Source of the DNA: Mobula hypostoma
Taxonomy: Eukaryota
Direction of reading: 5' to 3'
Length of the DNA: 64,000 nt
NCBI RefSeq assembly: GCF_963921235.1
Contig: NC_086097.1
Location: forward strand, 141,112,001 to 141,176,000
Part shown: one piece after another, positions 61,602 through 64,000 of the stretch
Layout of the letters: every line of letters begins with the position of its first letter
How positions within the stretch are numbered: the stretch's first letter is position 1
Notes under the pieces: model-generated
The model's input: the letters and a program-made list of their open reading frames with translations, nothing else
What the model was told of the DNA's origin: nothing
The model's database searches: none
Translations under genes and position numbers: made by a program

Positions 61602-64000
61602 TGTAGCGATGTGCTACACACAGAGCTAGAAATAACAACACGCAGTCTGTAAGTCGCATCGATACTCGTTTTTTCAAACTTTGCGGCACTGGCTTTTAAG
61701 CAGTTCCCTCCCAGCCCTCTCCGGGCAGAAATGACGTCGAGTTGCATTACAAAAGTCTCTCCCAGCGCGCGGGTTATTTTGTGAGCCGGTTCGGTTGTGT
61801 AGGAAGTGGGTCACCACATAACCCCCCCCCCGCCCCCCCCCCCAGAACCGGCGATACACCCCCAATGTCCACAGTCTGGATCAGTCTCCGTTTGGGCGGT
61901 CTGCCTCTGCGTCGCGTTGCCTGAACCTCGACCGGCTGCGCCAAGTCCACCGGGGCCAGTTTGAGTCGGCCCACCGTGAAAACCTCCTCTTTCCCCCCAA
62001 TGTCCACAACGTACGTGGACCCGTTGTTACTGATCACCTTGAACGGTCCCTCGTACGGCCGCTGTAGCGGTGCCCGGTGTGCGCCCCTTCGTACGAATAC
62101 AAACTTACTGTTCTGCAGGTCTTTGTGTACGCAGGTCGGGATCTGTCCGTGCTGTGAAGTCGGTGCGGGGACAAGGTTGTCGAGACTTTCGCGTAGTCTG
62201 TCCAGGAGTGCTGCGGGTTCTTCCTCTTGCCCCCTTGAGGCTGGTATGAACACTCCTGGGACGACCAGGTGAGTGCCGCACACCAGCTCGGCCGACGAGG
62301 TGCGCAGATCCTCTTTGGGTGCTGTGCGGATTCCAAGCAGGACCCAGGGAAGCTCGTCCACCCAGTTAGGCCCTTTCAGGCGGGCCATGAGAGACGAATT
62401 TAAGTGACGGTGGAAGCGTTCCACTAGTCCCTTCGACTGTGGGTGACAGGCAGTTGTGTGGTGTAATTGTGTTCCCAACAGGCTGGCCACAGGCGAAGGT
62501 GAACTGGGCGCCCCTGTCGGAGGTAATGTGGGCCGGTACCCCGAAGCGGGCTACCCAAGTTGCAATCAGCGCTCGGGCGCGGGAATCGGCGGTGGTGTCG
62601 TTGAGCGGGACTGCCTCTGGCCATTTCGTGAACCGGTCTACCATAGTTAGGAGGTACCGCGCTCCTCGCGACACTGGCAGAGGCCCCTCGATATGCACAT
62701 GAATGTGGTCGAATCTCCGGGGGGTGGGTTCGAACTGCTGCGGCGGGGCTTTGGTGGGACGCTGCACCTTGGCTGTTTGGCACTGCGTGCACGTTTTGGC
62801 CCATTCGCTGACCTGTTTGCGAAGTCCGTGCCACATGAACCTGGTGGAGACCATCCGGACGGTTGTCCTGATAGATGGGTGCGCCAAGCCGTGTATGGAG
62901 GGGAAAACTCGCCGCCGCCAGGCTGCCGGGACGATGGGGCGACGTTGGCCAGTAGCCACGTCACACAGGAGGGTCCTCTCGCCTGGGCCTACGAGGAAGT
63001 CTTGCAACTGCAAACCCGAGACTGCGGTCCTGTAGCTGGGCATCTCGTCGTCTGCCTGCTGCGCCTCCGCCATGCTGCATAGTCCACCCCCTTGGACAGA
63101 GCCTGGATAGCTGATCTGGAGAGTGCGTCTGCCACGAAGTTGTCTTTTCCCGAGACATGCTGGATGTCCATCGTGTACTCGGAGATGTAGGACAGATGTC
63201 GCTGCTGGCGGGCCGACCAGGGGTCGGACACTTTCGTGAACGCGAAGGTCAACGGTTTGTGGTCCATGAACGCGGTGAGCGGCCTGCCTTCTAAGAAGTC
63301 CCTGAAATGCCGGGTTGCCAGATATAGTGCCAACAGCTCCCGGTCAAAGGCACTGTACTTGAGTTCGGGTGGCCGTAGGTGCCTGCTGAAGAACGCTAGG
63401 GGTTGCCAGCTCCCCTCGATGAGTTGCTCTATCACCCCACAGACTGCTGTGTTGGATGCGTCCACTGTGAGGGCGGTTGGAACGTCCGTTCTGGGGTGCA
63501 CCAGCATCGCGGCGTCTGCCAAGGCTTCCTTGGCTTTGACGAAAGCAGCCGCGGCCTCTTCGTCCCAAGTAATTTCCTTGCCTTTACCCGACATCAGGGT
63601 GAACAAAGGGCTCATGATACGGGCTGCTGAGGGGAGGAAGCGGTGGTAGAAGGTCACCATACCAATGAACTCCTGCAGGCCTTTGACTTTGTTGGGCCGG
63701 GCGAAGTGGCGGATCGCGTCGACCTTAGCGGGCTGAGGTGTTGCCCTGTATTTGGTAATCCTGTGGCCCAGGAGGTCGATGGTGTCGAGTCCGAACTGAC
63801 ATTTGGCCGGGTTGATCGTGAGGCCGAAAGCACTCAGGCGGGAGTAGAGCTGGCGGAGGTGGGACAGATGCTCCTGACGACTACTGCTGGCTATGAGGAT
63901 GTCGTCCAAATAGATGAACGCAAAGTCCAGGTCGTGTCCCACCGCATCCATTAGTCGCTGGAACGTCTGTGCGCATTCTTCAGGCCGAACGGCATTTGGA
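61602..64000 (-). mobile_element. Young Gypsy/Ty3 LTR retrotransposon: 3' LTR 61602-61818, PPT ~61822-61843, integrase, RNase H, RT; runs off the window
   Basis: TG...CA LTR ends and poly-G PPT. RT FIYLDDILIAS and RNase H LTVDASNTAV (62989-63951). Integrase HHCC and core (62366-63073, 61774-62490). Two frameshifts; CpG-rich. Confidence 0.92.

Larger units (their letters stand above)
48383..64000 (+). repeat. Tandem duplication unit 4 (contains V4; runs off the window)
   Basis: Starts at the junction GCAGATGATAC-TAAGGCCAGTGCTCTCTC; colinear modules. Confidence 0.78.

Noticed and set aside
24191-61818. Apparent clustering of young TE insertions next to V genes
   Set aside because: Unit-specific insertions are just as common far from the Vs (38641, 45148, 52842, 56446, 7749), so no enrichment can be claimed.

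Overview
Vertebrate genomic DNA, most likely a cartilaginous fish (inferred from the CR1, Rex-Babar, Penelope and tRNA-SINE repeat landscape). About 85-90% of the window by eye is decayed retroelement sequence. The biological core is a tandem array of four paralogous antigen-receptor V gene segments on the + strand, best matching T-cell receptor gamma V (TRGV; C-terminal YYCAYWD). They start at ~14.7, 32.0, 42.9 and 59.8 kb. Each has a 40-nt leader exon, an 84-nt phase-1 intron, a 300-nt V exon (299 nt in V3) and a 23-bp-spacer RSS. V1, V2 and V4 are open; V3 is a frameshifted pseudogene. No D, J or C segment was seen. The array arose by tandem duplication of a 12-15 kb unit whose breakpoint is a CR1-ORF1/Gypsy junction (repeated at ~18735, ~33532, ~48385), and the unbroken parent Gypsy at 3479-9160 marks V1 as the left-hand founder copy. 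Most notable observations: (i) amino-acid-biased divergence among the V paralogs, densest in the HV4 loop; (ii) mosaic, conversion-like sharing among the Vs; (iii) CpG-island-like composition over each V; (iv) Penelope insertions carrying intact minimal hammerhead ribozyme cores with 13-14 bp TSDs; (v) an apparently full-length I/Nimb-group LINE ~1 kb upstream of V2, containing a nested CR1 and a templated inverted duplication. All counts were made by hand. Mosaic TE boundaries are approximate.
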